A DNA stretch of 64,000 nt from Lingula anatina (Eukaryota; Animalia; Brachiopoda): the NCBI GenBank assembly GCA_051362555.1, contig CM120642.1, forward strand, positions 10,726,001 to 10,790,000, in the 5' to 3' direction. This document shows, piece after piece, positions 12,901-24,600 of this stretch. Position 1 is the first letter of the stretch. Every line of letters begins with the position of its first letter. A program made the position numbers and the translations under genes. The notes under the pieces were generated by a model. It was given only the letters and a program-made list of their open reading frames with translations. It searched no databases and was not told where the DNA came from.

Positions 12901-15900
12901 TTTACCCGGCAACTTCTGCTCGTTTTTCTATTTTTTCTCATAAATTGACGGCCATATTGAAAAATGCTCAAGGTCTCGGAAATAGCAACCAAGCTAATTT
13001 TGCTTCTCTCGGCCTAAATAATGGATTTCAGCGAAAAAAGTTTACAGGAAAAAACATTGCAGGGTTAGCGTTCTGGCTACTCGACTATCAGGGTACCTTC
13101 AGAAACAGTCGGGTTTTCAAGGGCGTGGCACAATATCTCAAACATTTGTCCTTCGGCTATAAGGTTCTGCATCATTGACCTACAGCTTTTAAAAAAATCA
13201 GATTTAGCACAATTAATAAGACTAATGTGATCTTACTTTTTCACGTGAAGCTTATCTTATGTAGTAGTCTGTCTGGATTTACTTACAGGACCCGTTCGCA
13301 GAATTTCCCTTTAAATATAATTTAATGGACCAGTTTCGTTTACACTTGGCTAGTTTCCTTATAAAATCCCTTAGAAATTTAACGCCAAAGTATACCTTTG
13401 TACATTTCATCACAGTGAAGGGATATAGCATGCCCATGGGGTAAAAAGCACAATCTATTTAAGAAGAAAATACAATCTAAACATATCTTTCTGTAGCCGA
13501 GCCAAATTCTGATATTTTGAAGAAGAATTTCATCAAATCGAAGTTTTGACCTTTCTCAATGGAGATGCAAATAACATATGAAATCCGTTCCTTATGGCAG
13601 GGGCGGATCCAGGATAATTTGAAGGGGGGGGGGGGGGTCCGCGGATGCAAAGCCGACCCCACCCCACTTGGCGTGGGGTTAGGGGCCTGTTGAAGGGCAC
13701 CGAAAAATTTTAGTATTTTAGAGGGCGATCAGTGCCATTTGGTACAGTTTACAACTATGATTCAGCTAGTCAAAATTCTGATTTCAAGAGGGGGGCCAGA
13801 AATCGAAAGGGGGGGGGGGGTCAGAACCCCCTGACCCCCCCTAAACCCGCCACTGCTTTTTATAGAATAATTAAAATAAAAATTCTTGTTTATTGAAATA
13901 ACTAATTAAATAAGGATGTGTCTTGGCAAATGAAAATGTTAGTTCGTAATGTTTTTGATAAGAAATAGCTAGCTCACCTGCAAGAAGAAATAGCAACTTA
14001 ATAAAGATGTCTGTATAGTCGATTTGGTCAAGCACAAGGTAAAGACTGAGAAACGGGTGCGGCAAATGACTGATCTCTGATCATGTGTTGTGGAGGACCT
14101 CCCTTTTACTTGAGGGGGACCTTCCTTTTACTTGTGGAAGATCTCCCTTTTACTTGTAGGGGACCTCTTTATTATACCCCGACCCCACATAACATGAACT
14201 ATATCTTTTATAATAAAACTCCAGGAAACTATGGGCTCACATCTTTGGATAACGCAATCTGATTACACTTTTTTATACTGTGGTCTCTGACAGTGAGAGA
14301 GAGAGCCAATCAAATCAGAGGGTCACCACCTGCCAAAGTCAAAGACACGTTTAATTCGAAATTTCCTTTTTGTGACTACTAGTATATAAATATATTATAA
14401 CCATTTAAAACGGCATGCTGAGTTTTTAAAGAGAAAGGTAGATTGATGCCGTTGACAGAAAAGACACAGCAATTACTCCATTAATTTTAATACAATTTGA
14501 AAGTTTCTTTTGTGTGTGATTTGAAAATTTGATGTTAGCTGTTGCCAGTTATAAGGACGTTTTATGCACTATTACTAGTGCAAATCGCCACCCAGGCGGC
14601 TTTGATACATTGAACACAGACACACGCACACACAACTCATTCGTACTTATAGATATCAGACATAGAAAGGATAGAAAAAATTCCGAAAATAAAATTTTAA
14701 TTTCTTATAAACCAGCCTCCCCAATTTAACAAACTTGCACTTTATACACCTTTAAGTTATTTTTGTGGTTAATAATAGTTTTAAAAAGATCCTATACGTC
14801 CAAATGTGCACTACTGGAAGCTTGAAGAGATGGTTTTCTTGGCTGGTTAGCCCCACATTATCGTGAGACGATGGCTGTAGGCCCCAGGGGCGGATCCAGG
14901 ATTATTTTTATATTATTTTTATTCGAAATTTCCTTTTTGTGACTACTAGTATATAAATATATTATAACCATTTAAAACGGCATGCTAAGTTTTTAAAGAG
15001 AAAGGTAGATTGATGCCGTTGACAGAAAAGCTGACGCAGCACTTCGGAAATATTAATCCATTAATTTTAATACAATTTGAAAGGATTTCTTGTGTGTGGT
15101 AAGTGAAGGTTTGATTGATTTACCTAGCTTTCACCAGTTTTATCATTTCAAAGAGATGACGTTATGAAAATTTGATGTTTGCTGTTGTCAGTTATAAGGA
15201 CGTTTTATGCACTATTACTAATGGATACGTCCAAATGTGCACTACTGGAAGCTTGAAGAGATGGTTTTTTTGGCTGACTAACCCCACATCATCGTGAGAC
15301 GAAGGCCGTAGGCCCCAGGGGCGGATCCAGGATTATTTGAAGGGGGGTTCGCGGGTGCGAAAAGGACCCCACCCCCACACCCATTTGGCGTGGGGTTCGG
15401 GGCCCGCTGAAGGGCCTCGGAAATTTTTGGTATTTTAAAGGGCGAACGGTGCCATTTGGTACAGTTTAGAACTATGATTTAGCTAGTCAAAATTCTACAA
15501 GAAGGGACCAGAAATCAAAGGAGGGGGGGGGGGGGGGTCAGGACCCCCTGCCCCCCCTAAATCCGCCACTGCTATGGCGTGTTGAAATTCGAAACCAAAG
15601 GGGGCAATGATCCCAAGGTATATCTATCTGTGGAATTAGCTTGCATAAAGCTGTTCCCTCCCCGCCAGAAAAAATGGACTAAGATTGTAAATAAATAAAC
15701 GATTCAGCAAAATAAATTAATTGGCGCATCCGAATGGAAAATATCCTGGCAAATTTTTCGGCTCTTAACAGTATGTTTGCGTCAATATAATAATTATTTT
15801 TTGCTTATCGCATTCCATAAGGTATGTTGCATTTTTCGTAGTTCACGCAAGAAAAAAAAATTGGAAAAAAGGAAAATGAAAACCATAAAGGTTAGCGACA

Positions 15901-16335
15901 TTGGTGGATTGAGCTAAGAGTGGATTGGCTGAAAAAAGAACTTCGTTGTCAATTAATTTCATCTGTATGTGCTTTCCGGAGCTCCTAATAATCCGACGGC
16001 GAAGAGGGACAGCCACGAAAGTTGTACTAGTAGTAATGTAAATTATGGTAATAACGCCTAATACTACTTGTTAGTGTTTTTCTGAGAATCTGTCATATTT
16101 GTAATCTCTTTACAGGGAAGAGCGCCCATGGGAGAAATTACCAAACACTAGTTGCTACCGTAAGAAATGCCAGTCTACAAAAGACTGTTGCCAGCGCTAC
16201 AACATTTGCGACCCATACGTTAAGATCTGCTACGATTGCTGGTACAAGTACCCGTGTAAGACTGACGCCAACTGCTGTCAGAAGTATCCCAACTGCAAGA
16301 TAGGAAGGGACGGCAAAGGCCATTGTTATTCGTAA
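4677..16335 (+). CDS. Partial cysteine-rich peptide precursor with two tandem knottin (ICK)-like C-C-CC-C-C domains; 5' (signal peptide) exon not located
   Basis: Exons 4677-4728 (phase 1 to 2; xTDDEIRPLEDTQEEEKR), 7582-7635 (2 to 2; QLYYPGVYDYWKKYWTKK) and 16116-16335 (2 to stop; EERPWEKLPNTSCYRKKCQSTKDCCQRYNICDPYVKICYDCWYKYPCKTDANCCQKYPNCKIGRDGKGHCYS*). All have polypyrimidine-AG acceptors, GT donors and compatible phases. The terminal exon is strongly supported by 12 Cys in a repeated pattern; linkage of the upstream exons is inferred. Confidence 0.7.
6853..6910. repeat. (AT)n microsatellite
   Basis: Uninterrupted AT dinucleotide run. Confidence 0.95.
7768..7791. repeat. (GA)n microsatellite
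   Basis: GA dinucleotide run. Confidence 0.9.
8089..8840. mobile_element. Possible non-autonomous TTAA-flanked DNA element (Kolobok-like)
   Basis: TTAAGGGGTATTGGAA at 8089 versus reverse-complemented TTAAGGGGGATCGGTA ending at 8840 (13/16 match including TTAA); short and imperfect. Confidence 0.3.
9161..13087. mobile_element. Non-autonomous DNA transposon with ~650 bp TIRs, Academ-like
   Basis: 9161 to ~9810 is the imperfect reverse complement of ~12450-13087; termini TAGTCGAGT...ACTCGACTA; 3-bp TSD TCA at 9158-9160 and 13088-13090. TAG termini, long TIRs and 3-bp TSDs are characteristic of Academ. Confidence 0.8.
10728..11421 (-). pseudogene. Decayed, internally deleted Tc1/mariner transposase (element roughly 10541-11732)
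   Basis: Fragments in different frames: MPCLSCEQR start, GCSQPTIRNLV...PGRERVSTPDQDR (HTH region), YIDQILQPHI, PDMNPIEHIW (SPDLNPIE motif), C-terminal ACIEASGDRTGY*; TATAAA upstream at ~11474-11480; frameshifts and stops. Confidence 0.85.
13598..13855 (+). mobile_element. ~250 bp GC-rich MITE (CAGGGGCGGATCC...CGCCACTG family), copy 1
   Basis: Imperfect TIR CAGGGGCGG / CCGCCACTG; closely similar copies at 15316-15571 and 53016-53252. Confidence 0.8.
14088..14171. repeat. Minisatellite, 22-bp unit x ~4
   Basis: TTGTGGAGGACCTCCCTTTTAC-like unit repeated with variants. Confidence 0.8.
14349..15338. repeat. Local imperfect tandem duplication with indels
   Basis: 14354-14463 matches 14921-15030, 14524-14580 matches 15166-15220, and 14795-14908 matches 15226-15338. 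Confidence 0.8.
15316..15571 (+). mobile_element. GC-rich MITE, copy 2
   Basis: Same ends and internal sequence as 13598-13855. Confidence 0.8.
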
Positions 16336-17279
16336 TCGGCAGGAAGCCCCCTCACAAGATGTGTTATAATGAAAAATGGGTTTTGTCTTAGTTTAACATG
16401 TAGTATACATAATTTTCTCTTCACGTTGTACAGTTAAATGAATATTCGTTTTCCTTTACATGGATTTTTTTTTTACTTTATAGATCCATTATTATGCACG
16501 AACACAAGTCTAACTTGGTTTGAAGGCACTATGTTCTTTGGTAGACAATGATTTTATACATATGCAAAGCAATGGCATTTTGACTAAATCATACAAGCAT
16601 ATGCGCCGGGTTTGCAAGTTTGGTTCTTCTGACAGTTCGGAAAAGTCAACATAACAGTCCTCAAAATGCGTAGATCTATTGTTAATCTTAATATTGACAG
16701 AAATTTTGCCTGAGAACGAGGGGAATAGAAACAAACTGTTTCAGTTGAATATAAATTTATATTATAAATATATTGTTATAGATTTACCCTGCGTACCGGT
16801 ACAATAGTATTTACGTTCGTGCATTTGGCTAAGTCGGAAAGTAGGGGATGTTTGAAGTAGCATAGGCTGTTGTACAGTAATAATAATCTGCATGTAACGG
16901 CAACTCAGCAAGATGTATTTCTACAAGTCATATACATGTGCGGCACATCCAACAGTTTAGTGAACGTATTTCATCAGTGTCACAGTATTTTTTCTCTTTT
17001 AAGGTAAAAGTAGGTTTGTTTTGGGAAAAACGACGGATTGTGTGTCACACGTTTTGTGTATCACCTTTAATTGCTCTCGTCTCCATACAAGTTGTATTGT
17101 CTTACTGAGTTCATGACGTGTTTGGTACATTGAAAATGAAATCCACATAACTTCATCAGCCGTATTACATTTCATTTAGGTTAAGATATTAACTTTTTTG
17201 TTTTTAGAGAAAATTTTAACGATAACTGTTACTGTAAATTGGTCAATAAATGGGCAAAAAACTAAGCACTGTGTTTGCC

Positions 17280-17281
<2 letters not shown>

Positions 17282-17318
<37 letters not shown>
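17282..17318. repeat. (GA)n microsatellite
   Basis: GA run. Confidence 0.9.
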
Positions 17319-17319
<1 letters not shown>

Positions 17320-18076
17320 AAAAGCAGAAAGTAAAAAGTGTAAAACTTTTGAAACGTTAAATTCGAGATCGGAGTGCTGTTTTATCCAACCGAGATAAAT
17401 GTTCACTTCCCACACCTTAGCATATATAGATAAAAGCGACCACACCACCAGTTTCCTTGCAAAAAAAATGCGACATTTATTCAAAAATACTCAGTAAAGT
17501 ACCCAGTAAATTGCCATTAGTTACAGAAACAAAAACCTTATATGACATGGTTGAGAACGTCTATGATATTCATTTGTGTCGATCGTGTGTCTGCTTTGTG
17601 AACTACAAACGCTCTTGCTATGTGTTTGAATGAAAAGGAACAACGGTATATCAAATGTCGTTCTATGGGGTCTATCAAAGACACATGACCTCTGTTATAA
17701 CTTTTACGAGTAAACTCCATCAGTCTTCTTTTCCGTGACAAAAGTGACACATTCAGATACTCATTCAAACACAAGACAATCACAACTCAATATGATTAAT
17801 AGATCTTGATTCTGTGAACAGCTCTGGATGTGGTTTACCTTGTTGACTGTGGATAAAATGTTGACATTTCCAGAAAAAATGATTGAAGGAAAATTTTTGG
17901 TATAGTTTTAAATCCCCAGACGAGCAAATGTTTCCATGGGTGACATTTCACTTTGGCCCCATTGTCTAAAACGAGATAGAAAGACTTAATTGTCAGTAAT
18001 CCAACTCTAGTTCAGTAAATCAGAGACAACGCGATCAAAATACACATGTACCTGAATGAAGAATCTGAACGGCTTC

Positions 18077-20887
18077 TCAGCAACTACAGCCATTGAAGTT
18101 TTTATCTATTTCACAGATGGATTGAAGGGTTGTCCAACTGCATGGCACGTCAAACCAAACACCTGAATTAGGTGTGAACGCAACGCAGAGCTCATTGGCA
18201 TTATTTGGTTCATTCGTCGACCAGTTGATATAACTTAAAGTCGCGTTGCCTTTACTGGAGTGGACATAATTCTGGTTGTCGCCATCGAAGTCGTAGGCAT
18301 CGTGCAGAGTAAATTGATTGGCGTCTCCGCTTTCTAAACATTAAATGATCAGTGACAGTAAAGTCATTAACATTAATTAAAATTAATTGGTCGAATAGCA
18401 TATAGGCCTATATACATTTCATTTTGACACCAAGTAGAATATTGGTAAATTATAAATGCTCGAATCTGAAATGAATTGCTACTTAAGTAGTTCATGTTTT
18501 TAAAATAAATACACTTCCCGTAATTTGATTAGGCCCTGAAATGCAGAATCTTGTTGACATAATATCTTAATAAAAGTTTTGCATGTATGTCATTTGATAA
18601 ATGACAGGAAATATATGCCATATCTCAACAACGAGGACCTCCATGAACGCATCCATGTTTTTGTGTTTCGAAATATTTCTCGTTTTATCTTGTATATATG
18701 ACACTAGATCAGGCAATTACAGACTGCTGCTTTTCATATTTATTCTCACTTGTGTTCGTTACCGTGTAAAGAGTGTGATATGTGTGAGTGTGTTGGTTGT
18801 GATGGTGCAATCAACACGATGACTAGTTTTGCAAGTGAGTGTCACATTCAAAGAAACAGCACCTTCTTACTTACCAGATGATAGTACCAACTGTTTTAGG
18901 ATCAGCGTCTCTTCTGCGCTGTCGATGGAAACTATATCAGAAAAGGGGGAATCTGAACGGCAACTTGCTTGTGCAGTTTCAAAATCGGTCTGTGCAGAGT
19001 TGAACTTATAGCAAGAGCACCCCATCTGAGAGTACCCAGCCGGACACAAACAATCTGAAAATATAGGAAGACATATCCAAAAATCAGAGAGATGCCCTTA
19101 GCAGTGAGAAGGTGGTCATCTTTGATTTTACAGGCTCGGTTGTGTATGCTAAATGCACGAGAAGAGAAAGAAAGAATTCAGAAATTTAGAATTGGTTTGA
19201 GTATCATTGTATCATGGGCTTGAGTCTACTCATTTTTAATTTATGGTTTATGGATCAAAAAAGTTTAATTTCTTTTGGGTCATTTTATGCGATGTTCAAT
19301 TAGTGAGGAATTTCGATCCTTTTATAGTTTAAACCCTTTTTATATTAGCAAATGCATTAGTGAACATAAGTAGCATGCGCTAAAGCTGTTACACAAAGTA
19401 GTTTACACAATAGTTTATCCGCCCAGATTCAAATACCTCTAAGAACATTATAGAATCACATTATAGAGGAAATTAAAAATAATAAAACTGGTCTATCATA
19501 CGAGTTGTATAATGTGGCTTTACAAAATGAAGAGTCATCTCAATTTGTCTGAGATCAATGTTAGATCCATTACTCAATTTTTCAGGAAATTCACTGAGCA
19601 CTAGTTTATTCAAAGGATTTGTAACAATGGTTGTATGATCAATATTAAACGATCAAGAGTCTGCCATCCTGTCAACAACGTGGTGCGACTAGTCCTTTGA
19701 GCAGGCCTTATACAAGGAAGGCATCCGATTGGCAGGTTGAATATACGAAAATTCTGAGAATGGATTCAGTGGAGTCGTTGGATATGTTGCAGTTTTGACT
19801 AACAAAATCGCGCTGTTATTGTCCTTTGGTGCGGATGAAAAAACATCTAAATTAAATGGTTTCACATATTACACAGTTACAGTAACGTGACTTAAAAAAA
19901 GAATATATATATGGCCATCAGTGTCTCTCAGTAACTATTGGTTATAAATATTTTGCGTTTTGTTCCAAACTTACAATGTGTGCATGTGTGTGAGAAAGAG
20001 AGAGTAAGAGAGTGAAAGAGAACGATAGAGAGTTATAATATCAGAAGGCATCACCATCAAAACATGTTTTGTTCTCTGAGCAATTTAGATTTGTAAACTG
20101 ACGCAAAAACTAACGACGAAATAATGTCAATAATTGGGCGTGGTTTTGAAGTCTGAATATGATGGGAAAAAGAAGGCTGGCGAAGAGATTTTCTTGGTTT
20201 CTAAAAATGTATTAACTTGCAAGAATGACCAATCGTACGTATAGAGTTACCTCGCGTTTTCAACTTTCTGCATGTTGTAGTGGCAGACTGGAAGCCTGAC
20301 TGGGACTGAAACAGTAATAATTCAAATATAATACAAAAGAAATAAGGAACGATATTCTCAAACAGATGGTAAAGAAATAGAATAAGATGAGTAGTCTCAC
20401 AGATTTTCAAATTATTATTTTTGTCCTTATTTCATTTATTTCAGTTTAAATTAAAATTAGCAAAATGTGATTTTGTTTTAAAATTTGCCACCTCGTCAAA
20501 TGTTAATCAGTAAAAAGTTGTTTATATTTCCAACGATACACACTAAATAATATTTTTAAGTAATTCACAAACCTTTTCCATGTAAGAAAACCCCAAGTTG
20601 ACGTTTAGATGAGAGCCATGTTCATCTGATGCCGCGTCCACGAGCTCGCACGAATGGACACCGTTCTCGGGTTCTCTTTGCCAGTTGAAACCTTGGCAAG
20701 ATGGGTCTTGCGAACAGCGCAGGGCACAGAACGACCGCGCCCGCTGGGTCGTACGCATCATGACGCTGGAGTGGGACACATCGTGTCCACAACCGTCTGG
20801 GTTTGTAAACTGAAAAGCATCACTGCTCGCAGCCACCAGCGCGGTGAAATACGCAACGACGGTAAAATACGTCTGTCCTTCTCCCAT
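18077..20887 (-). CDS. Secreted PAN/Apple domain + C-type lectin domain protein (~268 aa)
   Basis: Exons 20887-20573, 20305-20251, 19054-18875 and 18333-18077, phase-consistent (807 nt). N-terminal hydrophobic segment; PAN-like CALRCSQDPSCQGFNW...CEL; CTLD CPAGY...CYKF...AQASC...NWSTNEPNN...C...WFDVPC...ICE. Confidence 0.88.
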
Positions 20888-21683
20888 GCTGACTTTGAAT
20901 AAGTTGAGAATAAAGAATCCAGCTAGAGGGATCAATTGATTTATTCTTGCTCGACAACAATGGATAAGTGTACAAGTACGAATGGAATCAGTTACTACAA
21001 GAACTAAGAGACCATTCTCAGACCCTAGCGTGCTAACTTTGGATCGAACTTACTCCGAGGGGATTTTCGCTTAATTGCAATTAACTTGGGCGGCTTAGTT
21101 ATCTGTCACGTCTGCTGAGGCTGATAGGGGTAATTAACCATCTTTTAGCAGCTTTAGTGGGCGTCCCAGGCGTCTCAACCGCTTGGGCTGAAAACAATTT
21201 AGCGAGGGACCCCTTGGAGATGGACCGATCCTGTCAGATCGATCTCTCTAGGGATGGGAACCCAGCCTAAGAAATATATGCATGTAAGTTTAGCATATGA
21301 TTTTATAAAAGCACTGAAAACTTATCTTTTTACGAAATATGATTGAGCATGTTATACTTTACAACGCAAAATTACAACTTTCTCTTTTCTTTTAAATTTC
21401 CATTTAAATCAATCCTTTGAACATTGTTATCTTATTTTGTAGTGACCACAAAAATATTTTCTAGATTTAAATAATAATATATTATTTAATAAATATATTA
21501 TAAATAAAAGTTTTATTACTTTTATTATTGACAAAGATGGTCAACATGCTGACAGCAAAAGGTAAACGTGTCACTGCAAAACTACATGTATGTGCGTTAA
21601 ATATTATCTCACTGTTGCAGGATAAATCTTAGCTAAAAAGAATCCAATTAGTGTATACCACGTTCAGCAGAAAAAGAAAGTAT

Positions 21684-24600
21684 CTTCGGAAATCACGTCA
21701 CCGCTATTGCTTTACCCAATGTTACACTTTGTTGTGTTTTTAAATGCCATCCCCACCTCTGGGGCCTTCCTTCTCCAGACCGTTCATATTGTCTTACAGT
21801 CAGTACCCGGGGCAACTCCACAATGGTCATTAAAATGGCAAAGACCACTCAAATCCAAAACTACAAAACTGTGAACCGCTTTAGCCCTCGTCGCACTCGA
21901 TAACTTCACAGGTGAAGTCAGACGGAATCTCAGTGTAAACCGAAATGAAAATAACACCATCAGATATCATCTGGCTAGTTACGTTCCGAGCAGTCTTATC
22001 AATAAAAGCAACCAAACTTGGTATTGTTTCGGTAGCTTTCCCGCTTTGGCACCACGTCATACCGCCTGTAAACCGCGTTCAGCAGAAATTTTGTCAAAAT
22101 TCACAAGGTTGCAATGGCTTGAAAGGAAAACGCACCAGCTTTAACACATTTGGACGCTTTTTAATGATTCCCTCTTTTCAGGGGCTTGCTAAAACTAAAA
22201 TCGCCCCCTGTGCTTTTTAACGTCAGAGGTGATACCAAACTGAATCTCAGCTCAAAACAAAGTGACAGTTTAAAAAAAATAAAAAAGGAATCTATCTTGG
22301 AACGCTCCTTGTCGGCTTCTCAACGAAGGTCTCGTGTACATCATCTTCTTCAACGTTCAATGATAATACGATGTTTGGGGAAAGGCGTTGTGCGGGATGA
22401 AATTCATGTTTTACGGCTCAAGGGCTATCGATTGTAATTTCGGGCATTTACATGTGCATCCAAACTGGCCCTCTTCATAACAAGGCATAAAGTTTGCATT
22501 TGAATTAGAGCCGTTTCAAGAAGCTCCCGCGGTTCCGTGGTAACTTCGCTGACTGGGACACAGAAGGTGAGACACCATGCCGGGTTCGAATTCTAGAACG
22601 TCCAACGTAACCTTTTGGTCGCCGGAGATCATTTCTAAAAATTTTCTTTGGTTACTATAAGAGGAAACTCGTACCCACGGAGGGTGGGCGGGTCCCTCAC
22701 GGCGCAATCGGTAGCGTGCAAGGCTGTTAAAAAAATCCAAACCAATCGTCCACCATGGTAACGAGTCACGAGTAGTCACGAGTTCGAATCCCGGATGAGG
22801 CATGTCACCTTCCCCTCGTATACGAGCTGGTCACGTGATCGGGAAGGCGCGAAAACGAATGCAGGCGTTCGTCGGTCCTGGCAAATTACCTTTTGCATAA
22901 AAAGCCCGTATACTTTCGCATAAGTGATCGATTTGGCAACAACTTTTGCTGGTCGTTATCAAAATGTCTGCCTCGTCGATAACACTTCCTTACTCTTCAT
23001 TTAAGGTTCTTAAAATGATGCTTAGGCGGGGATGGTCATTGATCTCTATCCTTAACCAGCTACACAACAGATCAAACTTGAATTGAGTCAGTATAGCTAA
23101 CCCGCCATGGTGCCAAGCACGTCATACTGCCCTTTCATCTCAGAGTGCTGTCTTCTCGGGAGGATTATCAGCAAAATAATTTATTTTATTATTTTCTTTT
23201 TCGGAAATCACGTCACCGCTATTGCTTTACCCAATGTTACATTTTGTTGTGTTTTAAATGCAATCCCCACCTCTGGGGCCTTCATTCTCCAGACCGTTCA
23301 TATTGTCTTACAGTCAGTACCCGGGGCAACTCCACAATGGTCATTAGAAATGGCAAAGACTACTCAAATCCAAAACTACCAAACTGTAAACCGCTTTAGC
23401 CCTCGTCGTGCTCGATAACTTCACAGGTGAAGTCAGGCGGAATCTCACTGTAAACCAAAATGAAAATAACAGCATCAAAAAATCATCTGGCTAGTTACGT
23501 GCCGAGCAGTCTTATCAAAAAAAGCGACCAAAGTTGATATTGTTTCGGTAGCTTTCCCGCTTTGGCACCACGTCATACCGCCTGTAAACCGCGTTCAGCA
23601 GAAATTTTGTCAAAATTCACAAGGTTGCAATTGTTTGAAAGGAAAACGCACCAGCTTTAACACATTTGGACGCTTTTTAATGATTCCCTCTTTTCAGGGG
23701 CTTGCTAAAACTATAATCGCCCCCTGTGCTTTTTAACGTCAGAGGTGATACCAAACTGAATCTCAGCTCAAAACAAAGTGACAGTTTAAAAAAAAATAAA
23801 AAAGGAATCTATCTTGGAACGCTCCTTGTCGGCTTCTCAACGAAGGTCTCGTGTACATCATCTTCTTCAACGTTCAATGATAATACGATGTTTGGGGAAA
23901 GGCGTTGTGCGGGATGAAATTCATGTTTTACGGCTCAAGGGCTATCGATTGTAATTTCGGGCATTTACATGTGCATCCAAACTGGCCCTCTTCATAACAA
24001 GGCATAAAGTTTGCATTTGAATTAGAGCCGTTTCAAGAAGCTCCCGCGGTTCCGTGGTAACTTCGCTGACTGGGACACAGAAGGTAAGACACCATGCCGG
24101 GTTCGAATTCTAGAACGTCCAACGTAACCTTTTGGTCGCCGGAGATCATTTCTAAAAATTTTCTTTGGTTACTATAAGAGGAAACTCGTACCCACGGAGG
24201 GTGGGCGGGTCCCTCACGGCGCAATCGGTAGCGTGCAAGGCTGTTAAAAAAATCCAAACCAATCGTCCACCATGGTAACGAGTCACGAGTAGTCACGAGT
24301 TCGAATCCCGGATGAGGCATGTCACCTTCCCCTCGTATACGAGCTGGTCACGTGATCGGGAAGGCGCGAAAACGAATGCAGGCGCTCGTCGGTCCCGGCA
24401 AATTACCTTTTGCATAAAAAGCCCGTATACTTTCGCATAAGTGATCGATTTGGCAACAACTTTTGCTGGTCGTTATCAAAATGTCTGCCTCGTCGATAAC
24501 ACTTCCTTACTCTTCATTTAAGGTTCTTAAAATGATGCTTAGGCGGGGATGGTCATTGATCTCTATCCTTAACCAGCTACACAACAGATCAAACTTGAAT

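Noticed and set aside
16138-16323. Minus-strand hydrophobic 61-aa ORF (MAFAVPSY...)
   Set aside because: Antisense shadow of the Cys-rich + strand exon, which has a splice acceptor and a patterned Cys framework
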